Below are positions 45,848-60,648 of a stretch of 64,000 nt of DNA, one piece after another; within the stretch, counting starts at the first letter, position 1; each line of letters starts with the position of its first letter. The stretch is from assembly GCA_000934665.2 (NCBI GenBank), contig KZ538260.1, positions 1 through 64,000 of the forward strand. The letters run 5' to 3'. This stretch comes from Catajapyx aquilonaris. Its lineage: Eukaryota. Under the pieces are notes generated by a model. It had not been told where the DNA came from. It was given only the letters and a program-made list of their open reading frames with translations, and did no database searches. Made by a program: the position numbers and the translations under genes.

Positions 45848-47710
45848 GTCGCCCCAGACACAGGGAACTTGACAGTAATCCCCCTACAATTACCGTATAT
45901 CTTGGTAGCCGCCCCTCAAATTTTCTCTCGTCGGCCATGCTTGGCAGAGTTTGCCCTCCGTGAAACACCTTCTCCCTTGTCTTACTGTACTTTTATGTCT
46001 GCCCACGACGTGTCAGAGAAATCTGTCTTATGATGTGCCATTGGCCTCTTCAGCTGTGAAAAAGGGTGGTGTTGTCCACAACAAAGCCCTCATCAAATTC
46101 ACCATTGCGTGGTGGAAAGTGACCGCGTTGCCAAATTACTCTCTTCGCCTCTTGTTTCCATGAAAGATTACTATAATTAAGAGAAAGAGATGTATCAATT
46201 CCACAAATCTGGATACATTATCATATTCTATCTCACCTCCTCTATTCTGAACATAATGATATAGGAGCACTTACTGACGTGAGACTTCTGTGTAACTTCA
46301 CAAGTTGTATGAATTGCAGAGAGTGTAACTTACGTATTACGGATTATTTTTATTGCTCATATAATGACACTGCAGTAATTGCTTATTATTTTATTTATGA
46401 CAGGTTGTCGTATTTCACCGCTGCACATACATTGTCTGCTACGCAGTTTTTAAAAACCTCACCATACTGTTCCAGTCTCCCGCTGCAATAAAACTTATGC
46501 AACATTTTAGACGCTTTTATTATGTGTGTTTCACAATGTTCACTAAGGCTTGACATCGTAAACATAAACAATGCAAAGAATTTAACCGCTCTTTAAGTTT
46601 ATACGCATAGGTCGTGTACTACTTGCCTGCTAATGCACATCTATCCCTGGTCTAAATTCCAATTAATAAACCGTATTACAATTTACCTGCTGGTGATTAG
46701 AAAATGTTAGTTTTACTTTACAGCAGAAAAAGAAGTCAGAAAAATTAAGCAGGCTTAATTTTTTTTTCTGTCAGCATGCTGCTTCCGCTCAACGTTTAGA
46801 AGTGTTGCACCTAAGTATTGTTTTACCCACATCCTGTTACATCATGATAACAGCAAGATAAGCCATATTTTTCCTAGGCGCATAATCATCTTACATCAAT
46901 TGCCTAGAGGCGAAAGACCATTCAGTTCTCTCTTATCATCCGGGCAGCATAATTATATGCGCCTCTGGCAGGGCGGACATCCTGTGCAAGGGAAAGAATA
47001 TCTCGGGCATTCCAGTAAAGAATGGGAAGGAAGGGAGCCTACCAGGGCCGAGCACACCTTCATTCCACTCGATGTACAACACCTTGGCCTTCACTTTCAT
47101 GCCACCAAATAGCCATCCTGCTCGTACTTTACATTCAATTGCGCAAGGGCGGACTTATCAACCGTCTAGGAAGAGAAAGTTCAAGCAATTTTTCTAAAAC
47201 AGCAGTCAAAACGCAAATATTCCACTCCTTTTGTACATTTAATTTTTTTTTAAATAATTGTCTAACTTTGTGAGATTTTAAATTTCATTTACTGCTTGTG
47301 CCGGAAAAAAAAAATGTTATTGGAAAACACCGCATAAGACTGGATTGATTATTCAAAATAACTTGAGAAACTCAGGTCTCATTCTGCTCCATTATCCGCT
47401 CATCTTTTAAATGACATGAGCGTGACATGTATAACAATTTGCTCAGTAAAAGTGAAGGATTAAAAGGCGGTGGTCACGCATCTTCTCATTGGTGGCAGTC
47501 CCATCCGTCGCGTCGTGTCGCACACTGTTCCGACTGGTTGTGACGAATGTGAACTTTTTGACCAGCATTACTTGGTAGAGAGAACTTGCGCATATTTTCC
47601 CCCCTAGATCATCGTATCTCTGTGCTACCCTGCAAAGTACAAGTGTAATATTTCATATTTGCGACAAGTTTAACAGCTGAGATGACAAAATATTATTTTA
47701 CTGCTTCATA

Positions 47711-47852
47711 AACAAGTGTGTAATATACAGTATATATCAGATATATCTGATATATACTGTATATTACACACTTGTTGGGAGGAATGATGTTACAACTGCT
47801 GCACTTCTCTTGGCCCAAGAGAAGTGCAGCAGTTGTAACATCATTCCTTCCA
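47711..47852. repeat. Two abutting perfect palindromes (47711-47776 and 47776-47852)
   Basis: AACAAGTGTG...CAGATA|TATCTG...CACACTTGTT and GGAATGATG...CTTGG-C-CCAAG...CATCATTCC. Confidence 0.9.
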
Positions 47853-50800
47853 GCCAGGAATAATTCCTCTGTGTCTTAAGAAATTCCATTTGTTAGTTTT
47901 CAATGGAGTCGTTCTTCCTTGGGGCCATCAATCTGTCTTATCAGGTGTGAAGGAAGTTTTCGGTCGGTGCGGTGTGGTAATTGAAATTTTTTGCTTTAAT
48001 TTTTTCCCACTGCTTTATAGTAATTCATGGATGGTTTGATAATATTTATTTCTCAGCGCCATGCTTGGACCATACTTTATGTTGCCATTGATGTAGACCA
48101 CAATTTATACTTACACAACACATTTTAATAATCGGGGGTGGTGAGGAGAAAGGTCATACAAGTATAAGCAAATGTTCTGAAATAATCGAAACATTCGAAT
48201 TTTTAACAAAATTGGGAAGCAACATTTCTGTGGGCTGATTATTCCAATATTGTCTACCAGAAAATAACTTATTCAAGAAAACCGTAAGAATTCGCATGCC
48301 ACTCGCTCGCTTGAAGTCACATTTTCCATGTTCTCCCATGCCCATAAGGGTGGATAGATTAGCATACGTAATATGGCCCACTTTTAAATTGTGCCGAACA
48401 AGTTTTGTCAACATTTTCGATGGTCGAAAAATGTACCTTCGAAAGCCATTATATAGTGTTATATGGATTTATTATATGGATATTATTTACATCATTAGCT
48501 CGCCACTTATAGAGTCACTCAAAATAATAGGCTATGACTGTGACAATACGTGTGGAGCATTAATTGTAGTGAAGGGAGGGTGTGACTATGCCATCTGACA
48601 GTATTACAGTGGATCCCTATACTTCATAATGCCGCTTACTTAGATGGGAGTGGTTCAAAATCTTACAGTCATGTAATAGTATAGCCAACGCCAAAGAATA
48701 TCATATTACAGTTCCTTGGTTAATTATTGTCATAATAATATGTGTCTTCTTGATAATCTAGGTAGCCAAGGGTGGATGACTGATTTTTGGAGGGTGGATG
48801 ATGAGGTTGGGGGCGAATTATAAGTCTTGAAGAATTCCTGGTAACTAACTGCCTTTTATTTTGAAGAGCATACTAGTAGTACATAAAGTTACCGTTTTAT
48901 ATTCCACAAAAATTTGCAGCAAAACAATTTTACACACTACTATAAATACATAAGGAGCTTTATTTCTATTTGATAACGTGAGTCTCTCGGCTCTCATAAT
49001 ACTGAGCGCTTCACTTTCTCCTCAGGGCATAATCTGCATTTCAAACGCTGGGCAGAGTAACTTTTACTCACCTACCCGACACTGACGAGTAATCATGTGC
49101 AAGGCCAGTGAAAATATAAAATTAACATCTCATGCTAATATTTGCATTGCGAATGAAGGCTTATTCCAGAGCTGGCCAGTGAAATGGCAGCATGTATTTA
49201 TGTAGCCTTGTTTATTTATTGCTCTTGTTATTTTGCACTAATTTGAGCTTGGCATTACTTTCATCATTGGGTAACATCTTGGATAGTGCATTATAGCTAC
49301 TTCTTCGACAACATTAACAATATATTAGTTGGTGAGGTAGCATAATTTCTGTATTCTGTTTCTGGTGCTGGTGCGTACCGTATGTGTGTGTAACAAAAGT
49401 CATCTTACATTCCTATATAAAAATCTCGTGGACGCTAACTTCCACTCGTTCCTGTTTTATCACCATTACATGCGTCAGTGAATACCTTCATTGTTCAAAA
49501 TTGCATTTAATGGGCTTTCCCACAGTGTGATTCAATGGGAACCTTTCAAGGTGTAAAGATGGTATATTCCCAATGCAGTGTACATTTTTTTCGAACTTCC
49601 AAAGACTCACACTAAAATAGAATAGCAGGCTGATGATCTTACTCATATGATGATACTTTAATAGTCTAGTCGGTTCAAAAACACCGAAAAATCATGCATG
49701 GGTGACAACAAGAGGATAAAATATACGTTAAAATAAGTTCAGAGCTTATTCTAAAATTGCATACTCGTGCATACTGTCTTACAAATATCATCAAGGGTAT
49801 CGGTATATCTGCTCTATAATGGGGCGGGTGCTATAGATATAGCCTACGTCCCGAAGGCTACTAAAACAAACTATTCTAGTGTTATTCCACCAAGTAATGC
49901 GGTTTTTACATGGATTCACTTTTATATCACTATAAAAAATAAAATGCATGGGTTGTTTCATAGCCTCTAGCTATAGATGATGCGAATTACGCTCATTTTA
50001 TTGGGACTACAATCATATATTAGTGCAAAAAATTGAAGCATTGTTGCGACATGCTTCTGCACTGTCAAAAACATCCGCAGAGGAAAGTACTGGAAGAATA
50101 ACCAAGCCGATGTCTTTGCTCCGAGACATCCAACAGTTCGTTTGGCTGCCTAACGATTCAGGATAACTTTTTAAGCATATAGCTCCGGACGAGTGCAAAT
50201 CCACATGTTGCAGATCACTCCTGCAGATTGCACGCAAAACAAGGACAGAGACAGAGCAATATACAAACAAAAAAAATCGCAATCGCACCGTGAAGAAGTA
50301 CCTCCACTTCATTATCCACCCGCATTTGAGCATGGAACTAGAATTTAATTAGGTTGTGTGAGTAAATTTTCACGCTGCGGGCAATAAAGGGATTTCTCTC
50401 CGGATAGTTACGATGTATTATGCAGATAAACAGTCTCCCTAGCGGCGTCTACTTTATCACAAGAGGAATGAGCTACCTGACACGTGACTACAAAAACCTG
50501 ATGCGTGGATTACGAAATCAGAGGAGGCATCATGGTGGCCAGAGAAGAGCACGAGACTGTTTTTTTTCGCACACTGGACAAGTCTTGAGAAAGGACGTTG
50601 TGAAATCTCAAGCTCGTGCTAACCATAGACTGACATGCCAATAAAATGTCTCGCCCCTTTATGCGTAGGTAATACAGGTAATTTCGCGAAAGCAACGTCT
50701 TTTTTCCGTGCAAAAAAGGCGCGCGGCAACGGTGGGGAAACGTTCTATTTTTTCCACTTTATCTTGACAAATCTCCCATTTTTGAAAGTTTCCTTGAATG

Positions 50801-52287
50801 AACGGGAAGGATGAAAGTCCAGGGGACCGTTGTCTTATGTCACCATTTCGCACACTTGGACGGGGCGGTTCATTGGGGTGCTTTCTATATGCTTCACGCA
50901 CTGCTTTGAGGGTTTCCGGCTTCCACTTTTTTTTTATATAACATGAAATGTAGGTACCCTGTGTGTTTGCAAAAATAGGCGTGGTTGGTTGTCTGAGCAA
51001 AAAATCCGCTTGAAGGTTGGTGCAGTTAGAGGGTCGTATAGTGTATTGCAAGTGATAATTTTGTTAGCTGAAGGTTTACAAGTGTTCTCAATTTGGATGG
51101 ACTACCTGCATTATACAATTGGTTATTACATGCGAAACCTTCGGTTACTTTATTCTATTTTTTTTTGTTGCGCACCAGAAGTTAATTTCAAAATGTAGGA
51201 GGCCTCGTGGTATAATGTCGTAACACACGGCAGTGTTATGGAGGAGCGATTTTAGGGCTCCAAAGCTACGTCGGCTACAACATAATTCAGTTTTATTATT
51301 ATGACGGAGCAATAATTTGAATCAGTAATGCTATAGAGTTCATTCGGTGTCGTACCCCATGCAATTTAATAAAATGATGTAAAAGCCTGAAATGCAGAAC
51401 GAGCAGAATCACAATAAAATGATTTCGATATGTGATTTCACTGATTTGCATTATCCCTCGTGAGATAAAGTTTCTTTAACAAATATGTAGGGAACTGCTG
51501 CGATATCCTTAGTAATAAACGCTCTTGATCATAAGAAAGTACGCTTGGAAGACCATTGTATATTGCATATTTCCTGACTCAATTTCGAACCAAATATGAC
51601 TATTACTGTGTTTCCATGGACTTTGATTACACTCAATTCTAGTTTCTTAATGTTAGTACCTATTACTTAGTAATTACTCCCAAAAATAATTACAGTATGT
51701 GCTTTACCATGGCCCAAGAGTTGCTTGAACAGGTTTTCCTTTCTTGCCACCCTTTTCCCTCCAGTCCCCACTGATTGAGGGAAGCCCTACATTACTACCT
51801 CTTTTTCTCAGTCCCATTAATGATTTCAAATACTTTTCTTAACTTAGAAGGCAAATTTGAATCATGTAGTGTTGCTAACCTTTGCATTTAAACTTTTCCC
51901 CATAGCATTTGTAACTATGTGGAATAATACGCAAAAGTATAAAGAGTTTTCAGCCTTATAATAATTTATAAACATAGTGTAACGAGTTTCGCATGCAGAA
52001 ATAATTGTTATGTTATCGACAATGAGGCATTAAAATAATATTGTGAGAGAAGTGAGAGCTAAAAGGTCCACATAAACGTAGAATATGATCATTTTGCATT
52101 TCAGGTCTACATGAACCGTTACCGAATAAAACTCTGCATTATTAAGGACATTAAGGATCGTTGAGAATAACAAACATATTAGACACTTCATTATTCGATT
52201 CTCTGTCAATGAAAATCTTACATAAGGCATGTTAACAGATCAACAACTGTCCTAAGTGCAAAACCGCAATATGAATGCGCCAATATA

Positions 52288-52550
52288 CAGGGTGTCCACA
52301 ATGAAACTCCCTAGTTTCAACTTGCTACCATTACGCAAGTTACTGGACGGTGGTGCCGAAATTGTACATGCGAAGGTACACTCATCAAGTTTATGTAAAA
52401 AACTCAGTAGCCTTCCACGTGTGCTCCTTGAGTAGTAATCACTATTTTAAGCCGATAATCTCCCTCCTCCGAGGTTCTCTCGGTCATCTCACAGGTGATG
52501 CAGGACACGTCATTATTTGGGCTGCATACTGTCTGTCTTGGAGTTGTCGA
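52288..52550 (-). mobile_element. Tc1/mariner-superfamily transposon remnant (transposase C-terminus plus right TIR)
   Basis: TA-CAGGGTGTCC terminus; the minus strand translates TCEMTERTSEEGDYRLKIVITTQGAHVEGY*, resembling the YRL......GAHVE C-terminus of such transposases. Confidence 0.65.
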
Positions 52551-55500
52551 AAGTCGAAATTTTAAACATGTCCAGCACTTCTGTGATCGATTTAAGCTCG
52601 GCTAACAACCACACAACCGGTGTTTTTCCCTATGTTTGCATCTTCCAAACAGCATCCCCACAGGAGCACCACCGCATCACACAGATCATTCCAAAAATTC
52701 AGTATGAAACTTGTTGAGTCTCCAGACTGTTTAAACAACAAAAACCTTAAATACCTATGTATTTCTATTTTTTTACCGTTCTTTGAAACTAATACATTGT
52801 GGACACCATGTATTATCGCATCCAAACTATTATTTACGTATATCGCTTTATTACGCAACGCTACCTTGCAGCATAATAATAATAGCCCTAACCTAAACAG
52901 AAAGAGAGGTTGTCCTGTCTTGTCATCTTGGTGCTCGGCAGATCCGATTGTTTTAAACTGTAACTTTTGCACAAGCGCCCTCCGGGCCGAAGAAAGAAGA
53001 TGACCGTGAGTACTTAGAGAAAATTTTCCCATTTTCGGCCTCATCATTGCCATCGGGCCCGAATTGCTCCAGCATGCAGTGACTAAGCTGTCTCTAATTG
53101 TGTTGCGCAGAAAATTGGACTTTCAACAAAGTGGGCCAAATCGCCCGAAGGTTGAAATCCACTGACGTTGTTCCGGCTCATATAACGTGTCACTTGAGGG
53201 GCAATCTGCAATCCTCCTAATCAATCTACCTTGAATCTGTCACAAGGAAAAATACGACATAAAAGTTAGCCGACTCAGCCGTGACCAAGCACACGACGTG
53301 GAGATCCGGAATCGAGTCATGAAAGATAAATTTATCATCGGGGATTAATTGCAATATAATTGCAGCTGCGCCATGACACGGTTCTTCGGCCATTAGGAGA
53401 CGATAATCAGGATTTTCCCATTTTTGGATGCTGAATAGACACGACTTGTGGACTTGGAATGCTTGAGCAATAATTTAAAAATATATGTAACTTATGTAAG
53501 CCTATTTGCGCTTTATTCTTAGCATATTTGCTCATCGTTGATGTTTCATGATTTGAACGAAGTAGTAAACTGCATCAGCAACAACACGTTCGAATACGTA
53601 ATAATTACGGGTGTTCCGCACGGCATGGTCCTTTGTACCTTATGAAACACTTGCCGGAATTTCTCATTTTCTGTCATTTCGACCGGTGACACAGAGTGTT
53701 TTGCGTCTACTTTACGACATCGTGACAGCCCTTGACAAGTTAGTCAGGTTAAAGAGATCGCTATCTGACCAGAAGCAGTAGCCCAATTGTTTCAAACCAA
53801 ACGCTCATTTTCCCTCCAAATTGTGACAAGGCGGTTCTCATAGGAACTCCGACTGGTCATTCCGACAAAAACAGCTTGCACATAATTGAAAAAAAAATGT
53901 ACTTTCCAGGTCATGAGCACAAGCACCCTTTTTGTAAATATCGGACCAGCACAAGTTGAAGTTGATTTCGCAACCTGAAGCTTCTGATCTGGTTTCTCAC
54001 GACGGGAGATAAACCTCTTTTTTGCAAAGTTCTCTCATGGGAATCGCCATTTATTCCCCCCCCCCCCCCCCCCATTGCACTTCATATGACATAGGTAGAT
54101 GATGCTGGAGCGGTCCATCGCAACCAGACCGTTAAGCGCAACCTTGTCACTTTCACTGGATGCCCAAGTTGGCCAGAAAACATCGGCACGCGTCATCCTT
54201 CACCGGTAGGCAAATCTGTATCCCCGGTAACTCTGCTGACAGTCATGCTTTGGAAGTAATTCATCTCGCGGGAAGGGGGCCTGCCATCCAAAAAGGGTGA
54301 AAAAGCGACAGGATCACTGGTCCAAGGTCCTGCCAGTATTGTTATTAGGAGATTACACGCCAAACATCCCTCTTGGTACGTGCAGAACGGGGCACAATGT
54401 AGGTCAATTATGTCTGTTTTTTTGCTAGAGGTGCCCATTAATTATGGGGTTCTGTTAAGGGGAGGGATAAGAGCTACGTTACGGTGCGTTACAAGCAGAT
54501 GAGCTTATTACGATGAGAAACAATGGGGAGGGGCTTGAGTCCGTGTTACGTGATGCAGGTCGTGTGGTGGGGGTCTCGATTGCAGCGCATTTATTCCTGA
54601 GGGGTACGTAGGATTATGGGACCCCCTGCAATGACGGAAATCAGTTGGATTGTACATGTGGAGTGGCGGAAAGGTCTTTCGGGCGTTGCTTGATATTATT
54701 CATGGTCTGAGGAGAAGAGCGACGGGAGTGTGGGTGGAACTTCATACATGTGAGGTGTCATTACCTGGAAGGATTCAGGTCTTCTAAGGTGATTTGGTCA
54801 GAGTATGAATTAAAATGCAGATTATCAGAGTCGTATTTTGGTCAAAATTATAATACAATGCTTGATGAGTACTATAGCTAGAATTTAGTCCCGTACAGAA
54901 ATAATGTCGAAATAAAATGTTTCATTAGAAGGAAATAATGCAATTATCAAAATTGAAATCAGTCAAATGTGGCTCTACAGTCAATATTATGTTTATGTTT
55001 TTTTTTCTTTCTTCTTATATTATAAGCAGAACTATTATGACCAACGAAGGAAGTGGCTAAGATTCTGGCAGGGTTCTAAAAAGATTTGCCAACCGTTCCC
55101 TCTCACACTATATCCCACACACCCATCACCTCCAGTGGCTGGTCTACTGGACAACCAAGACACTGTAGTTGTGTCACATATTTACATAACACACGCCCAA
55201 ATTTTCCGCTTTTACACCCCACTCTCATGTGATCACGGTTCGGTAGTGAAACAAATCACAAAAATAACGAACGTACTGCAACAATATTTATGACCAGCTC
55301 TTTCCTACTACCATTAGCTTGCAACTGCATACTGTTGCATCACACATCACCCTTCAAACTCGTCCACGCCACAATAATATGAGCAGTTACATGTTCAATA
55401 GGGTATGGTTGCCACTCAGGATTAGACATGAGTGACATGTTCATTTGCGTCGCCCCTATGGGGAAAGGTATGCGTACTATATTTATGCGAGGACATTAGT

Positions 55501-57224
55501 CCACACCCTTCTATACAGCATAGCGTGAGAAAGAGACGTTCTAGCTGGCCAGTGCAAGTAATGGCCGCCTTTCTCATTCCGATGTGCCTCATTAGCGCAC
55601 GGCTTTATTTTCGAGGGTACGGCGGTCATCTGAAAATGGCGTGGATTTGTAATTGTCTCCCTCCAACTTTTTCTTGCGATGATCCATGACCCACTTAAGT
55701 GGGAATCGGTTCGAGATGCACAACGCGAAAATACGACTTTTGCGTGATATCGGACCGACCTTGACGGATGAGTTTGGATGGCGTAAGTTGATTTCAAACT
55801 GCGGAAGAACTGGACCACACGAAGGTAAAGACGTTGCTTTCAGACTGGAGCAGGAAGTCGATTTCTTTCCATTGTTGTTTTTTTGTGCTTGCCTTCTTCT
55901 TAGTAATGCTTCCGTAATATAATTTTTTTTTGAGTAAAATACAGATGGAAAAATTTATGCATTGTTATGTCGAAATAATGAACATTACAGCACCTGGGAA
56001 TGTCAAATTGACAGGGTGTAGCCAGAAGGGTTTTTATATTTTAAAAGTAGCACTTGATGTAACAAATCTGCGACGTGATATAATAAAAATGATTGCTCTT
56101 GTGAAATGACCCATTTTAGGATCAGTTTTGGGCAAGTCAGGTCATCACTGTCTACTAAATCCTCTTCAAGTGAAATCTTGTAGTGGAGTACACTGGTCAG
56201 TCATGTGAATTAATATTAGCCCCAATTAATGTCATGCACGCAAAATTTCTTCATTTCTCTGGTTCATGATTCAAGTCGATCAAGCACCTGATGGTAAGAG
56301 TGGAGCTGTCCATAACAGCTAATCCATGTCACGTAACTCGTTGTGATATGTATGACATATTGAAATCCGGGTCCATATTCACTCTCGAAGCTTCTAAGGA
56401 AATAACATAGTTGGCGGCGTTCGAGTGGGTAATCTTAAGGTCTCATTAATTGTTGCGTCACGGTTCATTTAAACTTGTGCTGCATTTTGTGAAAAGGGTT
56501 GTCACGACTTGGAGCCATCAACAACACGGATGCTGGAAGGCGTTGTAAACCTTGCGTTCGATCGCAGTTTTCATTATTATTTTTTTTTTTGGTCGGATCT
56601 TATTTAGCGAAATAGAAAGTTTCTTCGAAGGATGCTTCAAGATCATCCAGTTTCTTTTTTTGAAGCACTCACTCATCGTTATAGCTAAATCATATGACAG
56701 AGATAATTCAGCATTTACGTAGATAGACAAATGGTTGAAGGCAATGAAACCACATTTGATAACAGCACGATTCAAACTGACATTCCCATTGCGTCACAAA
56801 CATTGTTGGCACAATTTTTAAATTCATCAACAGTGACTTGCAGAACGTCCTCATGGAAAACTGAACCCCCCTCAGTGAATGACACTTGACGACCTGCAAC
56901 ACTGGAGCAAAAATAGGCGATTCCCATGTCTTGCGCAACTATTTAGGCGTATCTAGCTGATTACAAAAGCAGCACTTCGCTCGTCGGCGTTAACGAGCAA
57001 CGTTAGTTGGCCACGGCCCTGATGATCCAGTATGATGGCTTTGAGAGCAAGTGCATCTGTCACGCGGGCGGGTATCGCTCTTAAGAGGACGTGTACCATA
57101 ATATTATATGAACGGTTACATCATAGGCTGCTAGCGGGGGAGGCATTTGCTCCAAATATGTGCGAGTATCTACCTACAACAGGTTGACCACCAAAATTCG
57201 TGAGAGGAGTTGACTCCAAGAGGA

Positions 57225-57231
57225 TATAAAA
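57225..57231 (+). promoter_or_regulatory. TATA box of the 57294-59873 cuticle gene
   Basis: TATAAAA ~30 bp upstream of an Inr-like GCAGTT, followed by ACCATG. Confidence 0.75.
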
Positions 57232-57293
57232 GACATCCTCAGGATTCTAGGGATAGCAGTTTGTTCGTCTAGGCGCGTCTTTCCAGCTTCACC

Positions 57294-57586
57294 ATGCAGT
57301 TTAGGAAGGTACGTAATGGTATACGACGAGTTGGTTTATATACGGGTAACTTAATTAAGAAAAATGGAGGAAAAAAGTGGTAAGTTATTAGTTTTGATAT
57401 TTTCTGGATCTCAAATGTTATGGATAAATAGGTATCTAAAAGCTACATCTTATAATTTTTCAGACGTTTCATAGCCTACTACACTAGAGTTATGCAGTAG
57501 TTTGCCAAGTGACACATCAAAATATCATGGGAATAAATTAATGTATGCAAGATAATTTCAGAATTTTTAAAATCACTACTGATTGC

Positions 57587-57651
<65 letters not shown>

Positions 57652-59873
57652 GACATTAAACATGTCTGTTTTGCTCTTTTACGAGGAATACAATATTATA
57701 ATTGCTATCCAGATCTTTTACTCATTTTGAATGCTATTTAGTAGTCTATATCTTGAAAAAAGGATATTGATATTGAGGTTTTTGCACCGTATTTTCCAAT
57801 CCCCACGTAAGTTACAGGTATGTGTTGTTATTTGAAATAATAAAATAGTTCAATTGTGAAAGGTGTAAACAATAAATTCCAGAAATTTATGAATATATTC
57901 AGAAAAAACAGATATTAGTGAAGTTTACATACCTATCGGTATTACTGTATCATGTGATCGTGTCCGTTGTATGCACACAATTTGAAGGAAAATCTTCAAT
58001 TACGTGCATGTGAATTCACATGTAAGTTTATTATCGAAGATTTTCTCCTCATTAAAGTAATGTTGATACAATCGGTCCTTAGACTTGAACTGATGATTTG
58101 CAGCACAGACTTCGTTTCTCAAAAATATCTCACGTCTCAATTAAGCGACTCATTTTGACATTTGAACTCAATGACTAACTTTAAATTGCAAGAGAAAATA
58201 GAAATACATCCTCATATTTTAAAAATTGCCCTGTGACGCAAAAACATTAAAATAACAATTATATCAATGAAAGCAATGCCAGGAGTTTCGGAGACTTGTG
58301 CAGAGCATCACTTCAAGGTTATTAGACTTAACTGCATATCGTATGACTTGACAAGTGTTTAATCCCCTTTTTATTCGATGCATGAAAGGGATTCGATGCT
58401 TTCGTGTAAGCTATTCTAGTTTTTTATCGCATTTCACAAAGGATTATGCCCTTACATGGCAGTTATCTCCTACAAAGTATGACAAATGGCTACATGGTTT
58501 AGGCTGCCCCGAATTAATCGCTAATACAAAAACCAGCATTCAGGAGCGAATAATCTGACCCGAATATACTGCATTATACACATTCCAAAGTGTGAAAACA
58601 CCGTCATTGATACCATTTTGAACCCATTAGAGCAGAAACGTACCAAAATCTTCCCAAGGGCGCATTTTTTTCTCCCCCCCTGAAGACGTTCACGTAAGCC
58701 GCAAATTTGTCCAGTTTTTTCAGTCTTCGCTCGCAGTGATTGCCCTATCTACAATTACCTTGGCTAATCCCCAATACCCTGGGCGAAGAGGATATGAAGA
58801 AGGAGTAGGCGGGGCCAGCGGGGGCTTTGGAAACGGAGGATATGCCTACAGGGGACGCTTTGCAGGCGGAGACGACCAGTTCGTGAGTACTCTCTTTGGT
58901 CCATTAGTCCCCCTACTCCAGCACGACTCATGCTGCTCCCCATACAAAATAAGGTCCCTGCCCACATGTAGCATTACTAACCTACTTGTAAAACCGATAT
59001 GTGAGTATGTGCAACACAGGACACACACTCGCAAAAAAAAAGACAGCTATGGACTTGTTCTTTCGTGTCACGAAACTGAAGCAACAGATGATTATTGAAA
59101 ATATTACCACCCCCTCCTCTTCTCCATCACCTCCCCCTACTACCAGCACTTCTCACGTAACCATCTTGGTAAACGGCAATAAATCAAGCGAGTTGCTTTG
59201 GGTGAGGCAATCATGGTGTCACATTCGGAGCACAGGTAATTACTAGGCTTACATTACAGTACAGGTTTCAATCTTGCAGTACCCACCAAGGCCATATGAC
59301 TTCAAATATGAAGTGAACGACGCCTTCAGCGGAGTTGAGTTTGGGCATATGGAGGAAAGCGATGGTGCCATGGTGAATGGTAGATACCAAGTTCTGATGC
59401 CGGATGGTCGCACGCAGGTCGTGACCTACGTGGCGGATGATCAAGGTTACAGCCCCCGAATTGAGTATCATGGAGAAGGGCTGAGCGGAGAAGGGTTTGG
59501 TCAAGCCGGAGGTCGTTTTGGAGCACCGTCTTCCGCTTATGGCGCTCCTGGATTTGGAGGGTCCGGACCGTCGTCGACATATGGCGCCCCTGGAGGAAGA
59601 AGTGGAGGATCCGGATTCGCGGGTCTATCCTCGTCCTATGGCGCTCCTGGAGGAAGAAGTGGATCCGGATTCTCAAGCCCGTCCTCATCATATGGCGCTC
59701 CTGGCGGCCGAGGTGGAGGATCTGGATTTGGGGCACTCTCTTCTTCATATGGTGCACCTGGAAGAAGTCGCTTTGGAAGTACTGCTGCTAGATTCACGGG
59801 CAGAAATGGAAATAATGGATTTTCACGTCCATCATCCACCTATGGAGCACCCTCTTCATTTGGTAGACGATAA
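57294..59873 (+). CDS. Pro-resilin-like R&R cuticular protein, ~255 aa; coding exons 57294-57308, 58724 (or 58715)-58882, 59280-59873
   Basis: MQFRK|SSLAVIALSTITLA signal peptide; R&R consensus PYDFKYEVND..G.YQVLMPDGRTQVVTYVADDQGYSPRIEYHG; six (P)SSxYGAP repeats; phase-0 GT/AG introns; AATAAA at 59922. Confidence 0.9.
57591..57648. repeat. (TA)n microsatellite, intronic
   Basis: Direct observation. Confidence 0.95.
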
Positions 59874-60216
59874 TTAAGGCTGTTTGTACTTTCACTGGTA
59901 CTTTAGGCCTCCTTAAAAAGAAATAAAACTATTCTTTATGAGCTATCTGAATGCATTATGAAGTTTTTGCAAGATGTCTAAATGACCTCAATTTACAGAG
60001 TGAGAAGAAAATGATTCTCATTACCTTGACAGTTATGAACCTATTATTACTCTGACGCTCTCAGGTTTCTTTTCCAAAAAATTGCAAGAATTTAGCTCTG
60101 ATTGTTTTAGGTTTAGATTGATGTCACTATTATTGCCAATATGAGCCAGTCATCATAAAAATGAAAACATACCTTAAGTTATGTCTGAACGAATTTAAGG
60201 AATCACAGTATATATA

Positions 60217-60648
60217 CTGGGTGATTCAAAATACTGTCTTGTCCTACTATAATAGTTCGATTTCTTTGTTGGGACTAAGCTGATTATTTTGTTACTTTTG
60301 TATAGTTACAAGTAGGCCTACTTAAAGGTTATCAAAAGTATAAGCTGCTAATATTAGGTTTCGTGTATGGTGTACCCACCCTTTTAATAGCCTGCAAGGG
60401 GGTTTGGGCTGCACAAAGTGGATTCTGTCATTGACGTGAGATGCCAATTCTTCCAATGGGTCATTTCTTGGGAATACTTTGCAATTCAGCTCTTGAGTGA
60501 TGGATGATTCCGTTCGGCCTAATAGACTATTAGTAACTAATATGCCTACCTTTGATAGCCATTAAAAGTAACTATGCAAGAGTTAGCAGCTTAGTGTGAA
60601 CAAATAGCCATCATGGTATTAGTCGGACAAGTATTTTGAATCATTCTG
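60217..60648. mobile_element. Old Tc1/mariner-type MITE; partial relative at ~39387-39630
   Basis: TA-CTGGGTGATTCAAAATACT...AGTATTTTGAATCATTCTG-TA; internal GCCTGCAAGG..CTGCACAAAGTGG..ATGCCAATT block shared with ~39507-39590. Confidence 0.6.

Noticed and set aside
49081..49115. CTGACGA...GAAA hammerhead-like motif
   Set aside because: The intervening sequence does not form stem II.
52592..53053. 153-aa and 127-aa overlapping ORFs
   Set aside because: No recognisable domain, splice pattern or coding-like composition.
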